Made by a program: the position numbers and the translations under genes. The notes beneath the pieces were generated by a model that was not told the origin of the DNA, did not search any database, and saw nothing but the letters and a program-made list of their open reading frames with translations. A stretch of DNA of 53,933 bases from Octopus sinensis. Taxonomy: Eukaryota. This document shows positions 23,770 to 34,958 of the stretch, piece by piece (the stretch's first letter is position 1; each line of letters opens with the position of its first letter). The stretch is from NCBI RefSeq assembly GCF_006345805.1, contig NW_021835412.1:1-53933 (forward strand), written 5' to 3'.

Positions 23770-24162
23770 GCGTGTTGCTGTGTGGTAAGAAGCTGGAGTA
23801 GCTGGGTAATAAGAAGTTTGCTTCCAACCACATGGTTCCGTGTTCAGTCCCACGGCGTGGCACCTTGAGCAAATGACTTCTACTATAGCCTCAAGCCGAT
23901 CAGAACCTTGAGTGGATTTGATAGACGGAAACTGAGAGAAGCCCGTCGTACATATATATATGTGTGTGTGTGTGTGTGTCTTTGTGTCTATATTTATCCC
24001 CCTTCCCATCGCTCAACAATCGATGTTGGTGTGTTTATGTCCCCGACAGAATAAGTACTAGGCTTACAATAAATAAGTCCTGGAGTCGAATTCTTCGACT
24101 AAAAACCCTTTAAGATGGTGCTCCAGCATGGCCGCAGTCAAATCACTGGGACAAGTAAAAGT
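23770..24162 (+). mobile_element. Diverged SINE family B
   Basis: gctgtgtggtaagaag...catggttccgtgttcagtccc...ggtgctccagcatggccgcagtc. Confidence 0.8.
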
Positions 24163-24223
24163 GTGAAACAACAAAAGAAAAAATACATATGTACACGCAT
24201 TCAAAAAGATCTCCATAGAGACA

Positions 24224-24608
24224 GGCGCAGGAGTGGCTGTGTGGTAAGTAGTTTGCTAACCAACCACATGGTTCCGGGTTCAGTCCCACTGCGTGGCATC
24301 TTGGGCAAGTGTCTTCTGCTATAGCCCCGGGCCGACCAATGCCTTGTGAGTGGATTTGGTAGACGGAAACTGAAAGAAGCCTGTCGTATATATGTATGTC
24401 TGTGTTTATCCACCTAGCATTGCTTGACAACCGATGCTGTTGTGTTTACGACCCCGTCACTTAGCGGTTCGGCAAAAGAGACCGATAGAATAAGTACTGG
24501 GCTTACAAAGAATAAGTCCCGCTGGTCGATTTGCTCGACTAAAGGCGGTGCTCCAGCATGGCCGCAGTCAAATGACTGAAACAAGTAAAAGAGTAAAAAG
24601 AGTAAAGA
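24224..24608 (+). mobile_element. SINE family B, young full-length copy
   Basis: ggcgcaggagtggctgtgtggtaag...gactgaaacaagtaaaagagtaaaaagag. Confidence 0.9.
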
Positions 24609-24654
24609 GACATCCGTACACACAGGGTTGCGCGCGCGTGGGTTTTTGAAAGTG

Positions 24655-24881
24655 TGTGTATGTATGTGTGTGTTTGTGTGTGTGTGTGTGTGTGTGAGCG
24701 TGTGTGTATGTATGTGTGTGTGTGTGTGTGTGAGCGTGTGTGTGTGTGTGTGTGTGTGAGCGTGTGTGTATGTATGTGTGTGTGTGTGTGTGAGCGTGTG
24801 TGTATGTATGTGTGTCTGTGTGTGTGTGTGTGAGCCTTTGTGTATGTATGTGTGTGTGTGTGTCAGCGTGTGTGTATGTAT

Positions 24882-24917
<36 letters not shown>
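24655..24917. repeat. (TG)n-derived minisatellite (tgtgtgagcgtgtgtgtatgtatg units)
   Basis: Directly visible. Confidence 0.9.
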
Positions 24918-24920
<3 letters not shown>

Positions 24921-25333
24921 TGTCGCTTGATGTCCCGGAATAACTGAAGCACAGTATAACGTATTGGCCACGCTGTTATGAACATGAGATCTCAATGTTA
25001 TTGATGGCGGAGATAAATTCCTTCACGGATCTTTCGCTTCTCTCTTCATCTGATAACGACTTTGTACGAAAGCAGGTATATATATTCTACGACAGTTGAA
25101 GACACCTATTATCACCGGCCTTATAACAATGGTTAGCTCTTAGCTCTGGTTTATGCAGCTGGTTGTTGTTTTTTATTGTTTAACACCAGGTAAGCTCTGA
25201 CCCGGGCGGATCTATGATTAAAAACATTTGATCTGTGAACATCTCGTCTTCTTTTCTTATCTGCAAGCAACGGCGGACCTCATTACCCAGAGTCGTTTAA
25301 TAAAACATTGGGAGAAATTCGGTTGCTGGCTCG

Positions 25334-25455
<122 letters not shown>

Positions 25456-25501
25456 TTTATATATATGCATATATATGTGTATATATGTGTGTATATATAT
25501 A

Positions 25502-25822
25502 CAAAGCCTTGTGAGTGGATTTGGTAGAAGGAAACTGAAAGAAGCCCATCGTATATATGTATATACATGTATGTGTATGTGAGTGTATGTGTTTGTGTGT
25601 CTGTGTTTGTCCCCCTCCCCCAACATCGCTTGGCAAACGATGCTCGTGTACTTACGTCCCCGTTACTTAGCGGTTCGGCAAAAGAGATAGAATAAGTATT
25701 AGGCTTACAAAGAATAAGTCCTGGGGTAGATTTGTTCGACTAAAGGCAGTGCTCCAGCATGGCTGCAGTCAAATGACTGAAACAATTAAAATAGTAAAAG
25801 TGTAAAAGAGTAAAGAGAGTAA
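25502..25822 (+). mobile_element. SINE family B, 5'-truncated
   Basis: Begins caaagccttgtgagtggatttgg after (TA)n. Confidence 0.85.
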
Positions 25823-25874
25823 GGAGCTTATGGAATGTCGAGTAACCTGTTTTGAATTCTATGGAAAAAATAAG

Positions 25875-25975
25875 GAATCCTGCAAAGGACTGGCGTCCCG
25901 TCCAAGTGGGGTATGTATATGCAATGGAAACCGGGAAACCGGCCCTTATGGGTCGTCATGATCGAGTAGTAACTC
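25875..25975 (+). mobile_element. SINE family C, 3' part
   Basis: aatcctgcaaaggactggcgtcccgtccaagtgggg...ggaaaccgggaaaccggccc, as in 30455-30530. Confidence 0.7.
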
Positions 25976-26014
25976 TACCATTTTTCTTTTTTTTTTTTAA
26001 GACTGGAATAATTG

Positions 26015-26788
26015 TTTCTTTATTACCCACAAGAGGCTAAACATAGAGGGGACAAACAAGGACAAACAAGGGGATTAAGTCGATTACATCGACCCCAGTG
26101 CGAAACTGGTACTTAATTTATCGACCCCGAAAGGATGAAAGGCAAAGTCGACCTCGGCGGAATTTGAACTCAGAACATAACGGCAGACGAAATACCTATT
26201 TCTTTACTACCCACAAGGGGCTAAACATAGAGGGTACAAACAAGGACAGACAAGGGGATTAAGTCGATTACATCGACTCCAGTGCGAAACTGGTACTTAA
26301 TTTATCGACCCCGAAAGGATGAAAGGCAAAGTCAACCTCGGCGGAATTTGAACTCAGAACGTAGCGGCAGACGAAATACCTATTTCTTTATTACCCACAA
26401 GGGGCTAAACATAGAGGGGACAAACAAGGACAAACAAGGGGATTAAGTCGATTACATCGACCCCAGTGCGAAACTGGTACTCAATTTATCGACCCCGAAA
26501 AGATGAAAGGCAAAGTTGACCTCGGCGGAATTTGAACTCAGAACGTAACGGCAGACGAAATACCTATTTCTTTACTACCCACAAGGGGCTAAACATAGAG
26601 GGGAAAAACAAGGACAGACAAGGGGATTAAGCCGATTACATCCACCTCAACGGGTAACTGGTACTTAATTTATCGACCCCGAAAGGATGAAAGGCAAAGT
26701 CGACCTCGGCGGAATTTGAACTCAGAACGTAACGACACGAAATACCGCTAAGCATTTCGCCCGGCGCGCTAACGTGTCTGCCAGCTCG
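26015..26788 (-). mobile_element. Tetrameric SINE family A concatemer (4 x 184 bp)
   Basis: Units start at 26015, 26199, 26383 and 26567; only the 5'-most unit carries the tRNA head (to 26788). Confidence 0.9.
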
Positions 26789-28194
26789 AATGTCAATTGA
26801 AGCGCGTTGCTCAAGAAGGCAACGTGCCGCTGTGTCTCAGACCCGACTGTGACTCTTAGCACGTTGAGCGCGTAGATTCCCTTGGTGCTTGTTGTTGATA
26901 ATGCTGTTGCTATTGTTGTTCCCATCTTACTCTGTCATCACGTTTTCTCTCTGTTTCCGTTTTCCCGTTTCAATTGCCATGACGACGTTTATGTATTTCT
27001 CTTGGACAACATTTTACACGTCATGTCATTCTCCACCACCACCACCACCACTACCATCACTTCCACCACTACCACCACGTCAACCGTACTAATAAGGATA
27101 AAGAAATTACAAGAGACTTTTATTTTCTTTTTTACCTTAATAAATTAGGTGAGGAGGAAATCTATAAAATTCGCGATCGACAATTCGTATGAGGAAGCTA
27201 TACTTACACAGAAATGATGTTTAGATCGAGGGCAGTGTGAGCGATATACAAATCGAATCTGAATTAGTACCAACGTGATGATGGCGATGGATAGACAGGA
27301 GAAAGCAAAAGAAAACGAATGAAATAAATAAGTGTATAACTACCTAAATAAATACGTAAATAACGAAGATCTTGTAGTTTAATCAGGTAAAATTTATTGA
27401 TAATCTAATAGAATAAATAAAGCGATTCAAGAAGTGTTGTTTGCATAAAAATCTGTTTAAAATGTGCCGATGGTTCTTAATTGGTTTGTAACAGCTTTCA
27501 GTAATTTCATTAAAACAGTGTTGAGATTCTTGAGTGTGTTTCTACATCGGTTTATATAGTCTAGTAAGATCAGCTGGATTACAGAACCCCGAGGTAGGAT
27601 GTTGCTTCGGAAAGTCTTCTGTTTTACGTTCATTTGTCTATTTATTTATATAGTTCTTCGTTTATACACAGTGCACACGACGCCAAGAAGGTGGTGGGTG
27701 GCCGGGAATGAAACGAAGAGAAGGAGAAAAGAAGAAGAATATAAGACTAAAAGAAAGCAACGGTTGTAGCGAAACCTTTCAAGAAATTCCTGTCCTACCA
27801 CTGGCAACGTTGCGAAAGTAACTGCGTTACAAACAGTAGAATAACTAATTGCATTCACAGGTTTTCCAAGTCGTTTAAGAAAAGAGAACCAATGTTTGTA
27901 TGTAAAAGATACCATACACGAACGACAAGGACACTAACATAGTCGATGAAAATATACAAACACAATAAACGGTTCTTGCTGTCTTTCACTTTCTTTCTTC
28001 CTTCTCTCGCTTTTACATTGACCCGTTGGCGAAAACACTCAAGGTTCTTTTGTGTTTCAATGGAACAATGTCTATGTTTAAATCTCACACATCTGCCCCT
28101 GAGGTGTTGTGGAGAAGTCTCAATGCCGACAAGGAAAAATATGGCGGACGGCTTTGGTAGCGGTCTGAGGATAAATGCATATACATACATAAAT

Positions 28195-28290
28195 CCATCC
28201 ATCCATCCATCCAACCATCCATCCATCCACCATCCATCCATCCATCCATCCATCCATCCATCCATCCATCCATCCATCCATCCATCCATA
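28195..28290. repeat. (CCAT)n microsatellite
   Basis: Directly visible. Confidence 0.95.
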
Positions 28291-28514
28291 CATACACACA
28301 TATATATATATATACACATGCATTATATGTATGGTTGCACACACACACACACACACACCACACACACACACATATAGATATATAGATATAGATATATATA
28401 TACATATAAATATATACATATATATATATATACATGCATGATATGTATGGTTGGATATATAAATATGCATAAATACATATATACATAAGCGTATATATAT
28501 GAGTGTGTATATAT

Positions 28515-28556
<42 letters not shown>

Positions 28557-28708
28557 GGAGAGAGAGAGGGGGAGAAGAGAGATAGCTAGATGTGTACACG
28601 TATACATATATATTATATATAACAAAATATATGAATGTATATGTATATATATTTTTATTATCGTTATTATTATCATTATATATGTATATACATAGATTCA
28701 TATATACA

Positions 28709-28739
<31 letters not shown>

Positions 28740-29400
28740 GTGTGTGTGTTCATGCAGACACCCACGCACGCACATATGTACAGTTTCAATAAATACGGTT
28801 AAAACGAAAAGAAATTAAAATCACAGAATTATGCAAAACAGAACAAACAAAAAACAAAAGCAAACGATCCCCTTTAGCGATTCAAATAAATCTCATAGCT
28901 ATTTACATTTACTTATAAATTTTTATACGTTATATATTATATATTATTAATAGTGGAAAGTCAGTGAATTTATAGTGACTTAACTGTTTTAGATCGTATG
29001 AGTTATCAATATTATGTCATGCATATCTCGTTACAACACTGAAAAATACGCTTTAAAGATATGTGAAGGTTTACAGAATTCAAGAAATTCCATTGTCGCT
29101 GCAAAGAGTGCAGAGCGTAATAGACTGCACCCTTGCCTTTCAACAGAGACCGATGAAAAAGGGAGGCAAGGTATGTGTTTCTTGGGTTTTCCCTCCACTC
29201 CAAACGACCAACCTCTTTTTATCTTTCTGTCTTTCTAACATCCGGACTGAGGGTAAATGTTCAAAACATCACGTTCTTCACTCCTCATGACAGCTAAGCA
29301 TATTACATTATCCAGTAAACTTTCACATTAACAAGCTGTTGCTGGCGCAGACCATTACTCGCGTCATTGGATTCCCAATGTTGTTACTATATGTGAAATA

Positions 29401-29628
29401 GGCGGCGAGCTGGCAGAAACGTTAGCGCGCCGGACGAAATGCTTAGCGGTATTTCGTCTGTCGTTACGTTCTGAGTTCAAATTCCGCCGGGGTCGACTTT
29501 GCCTTTCATCCTCTCGGGGTCGATAAATAAAGTACCAGTTTCGCACTGGGTCGATATAATCGACTTAATCCCTTTGTCTGTCCTTGTTTGTCCCCTCTAT
29601 GTTTAGCCCCTTTTGGCAATAAAGAAAT
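29401..29628 (+). mobile_element. SINE family A, full length (tail A1)
   Basis: ggcggcgagctggcagaaacgttagc...gtttagccccttttggcaataaagaaat. Confidence 0.9.
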
Positions 29629-29779
29629 ATATCTGTGAAATATTCTCATTATAGTAAATAACTCAGAAATACTAAATTTCTAAATCTCTCGTAAAGACAT
29701 ATACGGTGACGGGGCGATAGAATGGTTGTATACTGTCAATCTAACACGAACGTGACATTAGGGGGGGGGGTCACCACCG

Positions 29780-30052
29780 CTGTTTAGCCCCAGGAAGCAT
29801 AGACGCCTCCTGATGGCTTTGACACATTTTTCCTGTGTCCTTATATACATTTACGAAGGGGAGACAGATACCCCCAGCCGCCCGGGCTGCATCTAGAGAC
29901 ACGTGTTTCAGACAATCATCCTGAAACACGTGTCCGTAGATGCAGCCCGGGCGGCTGGGGGTATTTGTCTCCCCTTCGTAAATGTATATAAGGACACAGG
30001 AAAAATGTGTCAAAGCCATCAGGAGGCGTCGATGCTTCCTAGGGCTAAACAG
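29780..30052. repeat. 273-bp near-perfect foldback (about 132-bp arms, 9-nt loop)
   Basis: Left arm 29780-29911, right arm 29921-30052, about 5 mismatches by eye. Confidence 0.9.
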
Positions 30053-30171
30053 TAAATAACTGTTCTATTGAAATTAAATAGTAACTGAAATATTGGTGCC
30101 TTTGGCTTTTGTTACAGTCCACTGTTTCCTCTCCCTTGCCATTCACGTTTTCCTTTTTGTGTCTTTCTTTT

Positions 30172-30285
30172 TGTGAAGTCAAAGTCAACTCCGGCGGAAT
30201 TTGAACTCAGAACGTAAAGCCGAATGAAATGTCACTAAGTATTTGGCCTGGCGTGCTAATGATTCTGTCAGCTCGTTGCTTTTTC
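30172..30285 (-). mobile_element. SINE family A, 5' half, diverged
   Basis: caaagtcaactccggcggaatttgaactcagaacg...gcgtgctaatgattctgtcagctcg. Confidence 0.75.
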
Positions 30286-30307
30286 TTGACTACTAATATG
30301 ACCGGGT

Positions 30308-30552
30308 GGAGGCGCGTGGCTCAGTGGTTAGGGTGTTCAACTCATGATCGTAAGGTTGTGGTTTCGATTCCTGGACCGGGTGATGCGTTGTGTTCTTGAG
30401 CAAAACACTTCATTTTCACATTGCTCCAGTTCACTCAACTGGCAAAAGTGAGTAATCCTGCGACGGACCGGCGTCCCGTCCAGGTGGGGAATTTCTACAC
30501 CACTGAAACCGGGAAACCGGCCCTGATGAGCCTGGCATGGCTCGAAAAGGAA
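30308..30552 (+). mobile_element. SINE family C, full length
   Basis: A-box tggctcagtgg, B-box-like ggtttcgattcc, body cttgagcaaaacacttcattttcacattgctccag, then cctgcgacggaccggcgtcccgtccagg. Confidence 0.85.
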
Positions 30553-30879
30553 CATGTACTTCTTTTTTTAATACTACCAGCTGATTTACGCACAGAATAA
30601 AAGCTGAAAATACACGGGGATTAGTTCTACCAAAAACTGTTTATATGGGAAAGATAACTGTTCCTCTACAACATAAGTTAGGATTAGAAATTTAAATTTG
30701 AAACTGAAGAATGCGAGGAAGGAGATGCAAAGAACTCCAATATTTACTTATGAATGTGTGTGCGTGTCTGTGTGTATGCAAATGCGTGCGTATGTGCGTG
30801 TGTATACGTGTGTGTGTGTGTGTGTGTGCATTATGAGATTCTACCAGTTTCCTGTTGGTGATACTCTTGTATAACACTT

Positions 30880-31130
30880 TTAGAAACCCTCAGCATGATA
30901 TAACCTGCAACATATTAATTTGCTTTATTAGAAAATGAAATATTTCGTTAAAATTAAAGATGAGACATTATTAAATCTCAGAGCGAGTTTTTCGAAATCA
31001 GTGGCAGACGTCACTAGAAAAACTCTTATATATTTGCAAAGCAGGCCTTGTCTTTCATCGTGACCTGGTGGTTACCGCCCGTTGATAAGAGACAATAATC
31101 TCGAAACCGGTCCGGTGCGTATCACTCAGG
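30880..31130 (+). mobile_element. Decayed Penelope-like 3' end with hammerhead motif
   Basis: Frameshifted pieces ALLENEIF and TLLNLR.EFFEI..RRH resemble the PLE C-terminus (C.LCL.EK..I / LLN.RSE...CRH); hammerhead directly downstream. Confidence 0.5.
31073..31121 (+). ncRNA. Minimal type I hammerhead motif, U3-A8 core variant
   Basis: CCG|TTGATAA|GAGA-CAATAA-TCTC|GAAA|CCGG-TC|CGG: 4-bp helix II, palindromic ACCGGT helix III, GUC triplet 31110-31112, 3-bp proximal helix I. Confidence 0.6.
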
Positions 31131-31143
31131 CTTACGAAGAAGG

Positions 31144-31206
31144 GATGGCCTCCCTTTGCAAATACCTGAAGGGCACAGAAAGTGTGTCTAAAGCCAGCTG
31201 GAGACG
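31144..31206 (-). repeat. Partial copy of the 39279-39558 foldback family
   Basis: gatggcctccctttgcaaatacctgaagggcacagaaagtgtgtctaaagccagctggag is the reverse complement of the left arm plus loop at about 39360-39425. Confidence 0.7.
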
Positions 31207-31554
31207 TTGATCTCCTGGGCCATATTGAGATGGCTTTTATACTTTACATTAAAGATGAGACAATTTGGAGGAAATTCATGGAATGTTTTTCTTTTGCCTT
31301 GCATCTATCACCCCTATCGTCCTCTTTGTCCCGAAATATTCTTATAAAATTTTCTACCGATCGTCCCCACGTGATAGTGGGACAAGTCACTTTCAGAAGC
31401 GCTTCTCTCAGTTGTCACTGATAGAAATCGCAGCCAAATCATCTTCATATCATATTTTAAAACGGACGAAATAGCTGGTTTTAAATATGTTTACAGATAT
31501 TTATTAGTATGTCACATGTTTTTTATGACATACTAATGAATATCTGTAAATATA

Positions 31555-31912
31555 AAACCATCCAGATTTCTGAGTACCTCATTTCTTCTAATATATAATA
31601 CCTGTACATCATCGCCTTCGAAACACGCTAGTCTACTAGTGACAGCTGATGAAGGGGATTTTTCCTTGTGTAGCATGTCCTGTACCTCGTTTTTCTGTTG
31701 TAAATAATGTTTTCCCCGTTTTCGTTCTCGTCCTGTTCCACGTCTCTGTCTTTCTGTTGTAACAAAATGGCTTTTCCGTTTTCGTTTCTGTTGAGTTTTA
31801 CGTCTTTTTGTGGTGTCCTGTACGTATATATATTTATATATGCATGTATATATACATGTAGATGTCGGTACGTACATATATGTTTGTATGTATGCATATA
31901 TTTTATTTATTA

Positions 31913-31915
<3 letters not shown>
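31555..31915. mobile_element. Unclassified repeat 'family H' copy 2
   Basis: Homologous blocks with 21581-21828; ends at (TA)n; preceded by a 25-bp inverted repeat. Confidence 0.5.
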
Positions 31916-31959
<44 letters not shown>

Positions 31960-31961
<2 letters not shown>

Positions 31962-32574
31962 CAATAATTAAGGGTAAAATCAATTAGCTATTAATTAATT
32001 TCACCAAGTAGTGTTCAGTATGTAAAAGGACCATTCAAGGCGTATTCAAAATATTACGTTATATAATTAGGGCTTAGTAAAATAAATTACTTTGCCACAT
32101 ACTGAAATTATTAGAAATAGCAGCCAAAAAGTTTTTTAGCTATTTCCACTACTTTAAGAAAAAGTCTCCCAGATAGTGTTTACCCAAAAATAACTCACGA
32201 AGATATGGAGGGAAAACAGTAAAATATCACAAGTACAAAGATCATTTGAGAACGTCACGTTTCTAGATTAGCCGAAATAAAACTCAACATTTCTTTCGTC
32301 AGCTCAACATTTCTTAATTTTGGATTTGAAAGCACTAAAAAAATGAACATGCCCGTCCGATAATGAATCACCTCAGACAAACACCCTCAAACTGCCAGTA
32401 CTAGCAAATTCAAAAAGTACAAGTGAAGATTCATGTTCTTCCCGCTTCCACCCACGTGAGTTATCTAGTAAACATACTATAACGGTGAGAACCGCAGTAA
32501 AAGAGCAGGGAGAAAGGAATTATATTATCAATAATTAAGGGTAAAATCAATTAGTTATTAATTAATTTCACCAA
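31960..32574 (-). mobile_element. 615-bp (TA)n-flanked element with 48-bp direct terminal repeats and a degenerate hammerhead (PLE pseudo-LTR/retrozyme-like)
   Basis: atcaataattaagggtaaaatcaattag(c/t)tattaattaatttcaccaa at 31960-32007 and 32527-32574; minus-strand hammerhead-like motif at 32246-32307. Confidence 0.6.
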
Positions 32575-32617
32575 TATATATATATATGTATATATATATA
32601 TACATATATATATATGT

Positions 32618-32683
<66 letters not shown>

Positions 32684-32713
32684 CATTATATACATTTACA
32701 TAAATATATATAT

Positions 32714-34958
32714 AACGGGAATGTTTACGAAAATAAACAAAAGACGAAAGCAGGTGGAGTACAAACAAACAAATGTATTAGTATGGCGCTCAGGAATAGA
32801 AATAGAACAAGTGTTTTACGTTTCGAGACTACGCTCTTCGACAGAAAGATACACAGAAAAGAAACAAGGAGAGAAACAAGGAGAGAAAAAAATGCGTGTA
32901 GGAGCTAACGGTCTATCATGGCGTTCTGACTTCAGGCAGAGGTCAGAGGTCAGACGTTAGACGCTAGAGGGATAGTAGGGGAGATAACAGGGTCAAGTGA
33001 CTTCCAAAACGAAGGTGGCCCCAACACGAACGAATGTGCGTGTGTGTATAAGAGAGTATGTGCGTGTGAAAGAGAGCTGGTGGTCTGGACGTGTGTATGT
33101 ATGTATGTGTGGGTGTGGAGATATGGAGATGGGTGTGTGGGTGGTGTGTTGTGATATGGTATGTGTATGTAGGTGTAGGTGTAAAGATTTGGGGATAGGT
33201 GTGTGGGCGGTGTGCTGTGGGTGGTGTGTTGTGATGTGATGTGTAATGTCGTATGGTGTAGTGTACTGTGGTGTGATGTTGTGGGGTGGTGAGGTGGTGT
33301 GATGTTGTGGGGTGGTGTGATGTTGTGGGGTGGTGGGGAAGTGGGGAAAGCCCATGTGGGGTGTGGGTTCGGCTGGGGGCTGGGGTAGAGTGGAGGTTGT
33401 GGGGAGAGTGAAACGGGAGACAAGAGAGAGGGATGAGGGGGGGGGGAGGGGAGGAGGGAGAGAGAAGGGGAGAGAAGGGGAGAGAGGGAGCAGAGAGAAA
33501 GAGAGAAGGGGAAGAGGGAAGAAGAAATAAGAGGGAAGAAGGGGGAAGAAGGGGGAAGAAGGGAAAGAAGGGAAGAAGAGGGAAAGAAAGTAGGGGTGAA
33601 AAGATGAAGGACTGAGGAGAAGTAGGAGTCGAGAGGAGGTTAGATGAAAAGGGGGGAGAGTTGAGCCCAAATGGCGTAAAAGAGCGAAGAGAGAAGATTA
33701 ATTCCTGTTCACGGCGCAAGCGGGAATCCGGATGACCTCTGTGCAAGGACAATCCGAATATAGACAGGTGTTGCAAGGAGTGACGGTGGCGTGATGTGAG
33801 ACTGGTCTGTCATTGGCGAAGCGGATGTCTCGGAGGTGTCCGCAACGTCGGTCGCCAAGCGGCGTCCCGTTTGTCCGATGTACAGAGAATGGCAGAGAGA
33901 GCAGGAGATGCAATAGATGATATTGCTGGAGGTGCAGGTGAAGGAGTCGATGATGCGATAGGGTCGATGATGGGTGCCGGTGAGGAGGGTGGTGTTGGAG
34001 AGGTAAGGGCAAGTGCGGCAACGTGGGCGGGAGCAGAGGAACGAGCCAGGCTGGGAGGTAGGGTCAGCGAAGAAGCTGTGTACCAAGAGGTCTCATAGGT
34101 TATGGGCTCGTTTGAAGGAAGGGAGGGGTCGGTTAGGGAAGAGGTGTGAAGTGGACGGGTCGGACTGGAGATGCCGGAAAGCTCGAAGAATGGTGCGTTG
34201 GAGAGGTAGGGTGGTGGGGTGGTAAGTGAGGGGAAAAGGGAGGTGGGAGACTGCAGGGCGGGTTCGGGGGGAGAGAGCAGATGCATGGTCTACGGAACGT
34301 GCTCTGGCAAGGGCGGTGTGGATAGTGGTGAGGGGGTATCCACGTAGAATGAAGTGGCGAGCCATGAGTTGAGACTGAGTCTCAAAGTCATGGTCGTCAC
34401 TACAGAGCCTACGTAGACGGAGGAATTGGGAATAGGGGATGGAAAGCTTAGTGTGTTTGGGGTCGGAGGAAGAGAAGTTTAGGTATGTGTGTGAGTCTGT
34501 GTGTTTGTAGCGAATGGAGATGGTAAGAGTGGAGTGATGAATGCAGACTGAAATGTCGAGGAAGGAGACAGAGGTGTTGGAGATAGTGCAGGTGAAGTGG
34601 AGGGCAGGATGAAAGGATTGAACGAAAGAGAGGAAGGAGTCTAGATGTTCACGGGAGAGTGAGGTGGCACCGATAATGTCGTCAATGAACGACAGTATAG
34701 TTCGGGAGTGGGACCAGTGAAACTAGAGAATATTTGGGCCTCAACATAGCCAACAAACAGGTTCGCATAGTTGGGGCCCATTCACGTTCCCATGGCCACT
34801 CCCGAGAACTATTGGTAGAACTCGCCCGCGAACGAGAAGCAGTTAAGAGAAAGGACAAGTTCGGCCAGACGAATGAGTGTGGAGGTGTCGGATTCGAGGT
34901 TGGGGCGGAGGTCGAGAAAGTGTTGAAGTGCCCGCAGACCTTCGTGGTGAGGGATGAC

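Noticed and set aside
26015-26788. Regularly spaced repeats that could suggest a CRISPR-like array
   Set aside because: The units are whole 184-bp SINE bodies with no unique spacers and no cas genes, in a eukaryotic context.
27946-28200. 143-aa ORF with an upstream pyrimidine tract and an aatatggcgg (YY1-like) word
   Set aside because: No acceptor AG after the tract, the ORF runs into (CCAT)n, and a single motif is insufficient.
30520-30565. CTGATGA-GCCTGGCATGGCTC-GAAA in the SINE C tail, resembling a hammerhead
   Set aside because: GAGCC/GGCTC pairing would sequester G8-A9, helix I cannot form, and the second copy (25950-25975) keeps the hairpin but not the core.
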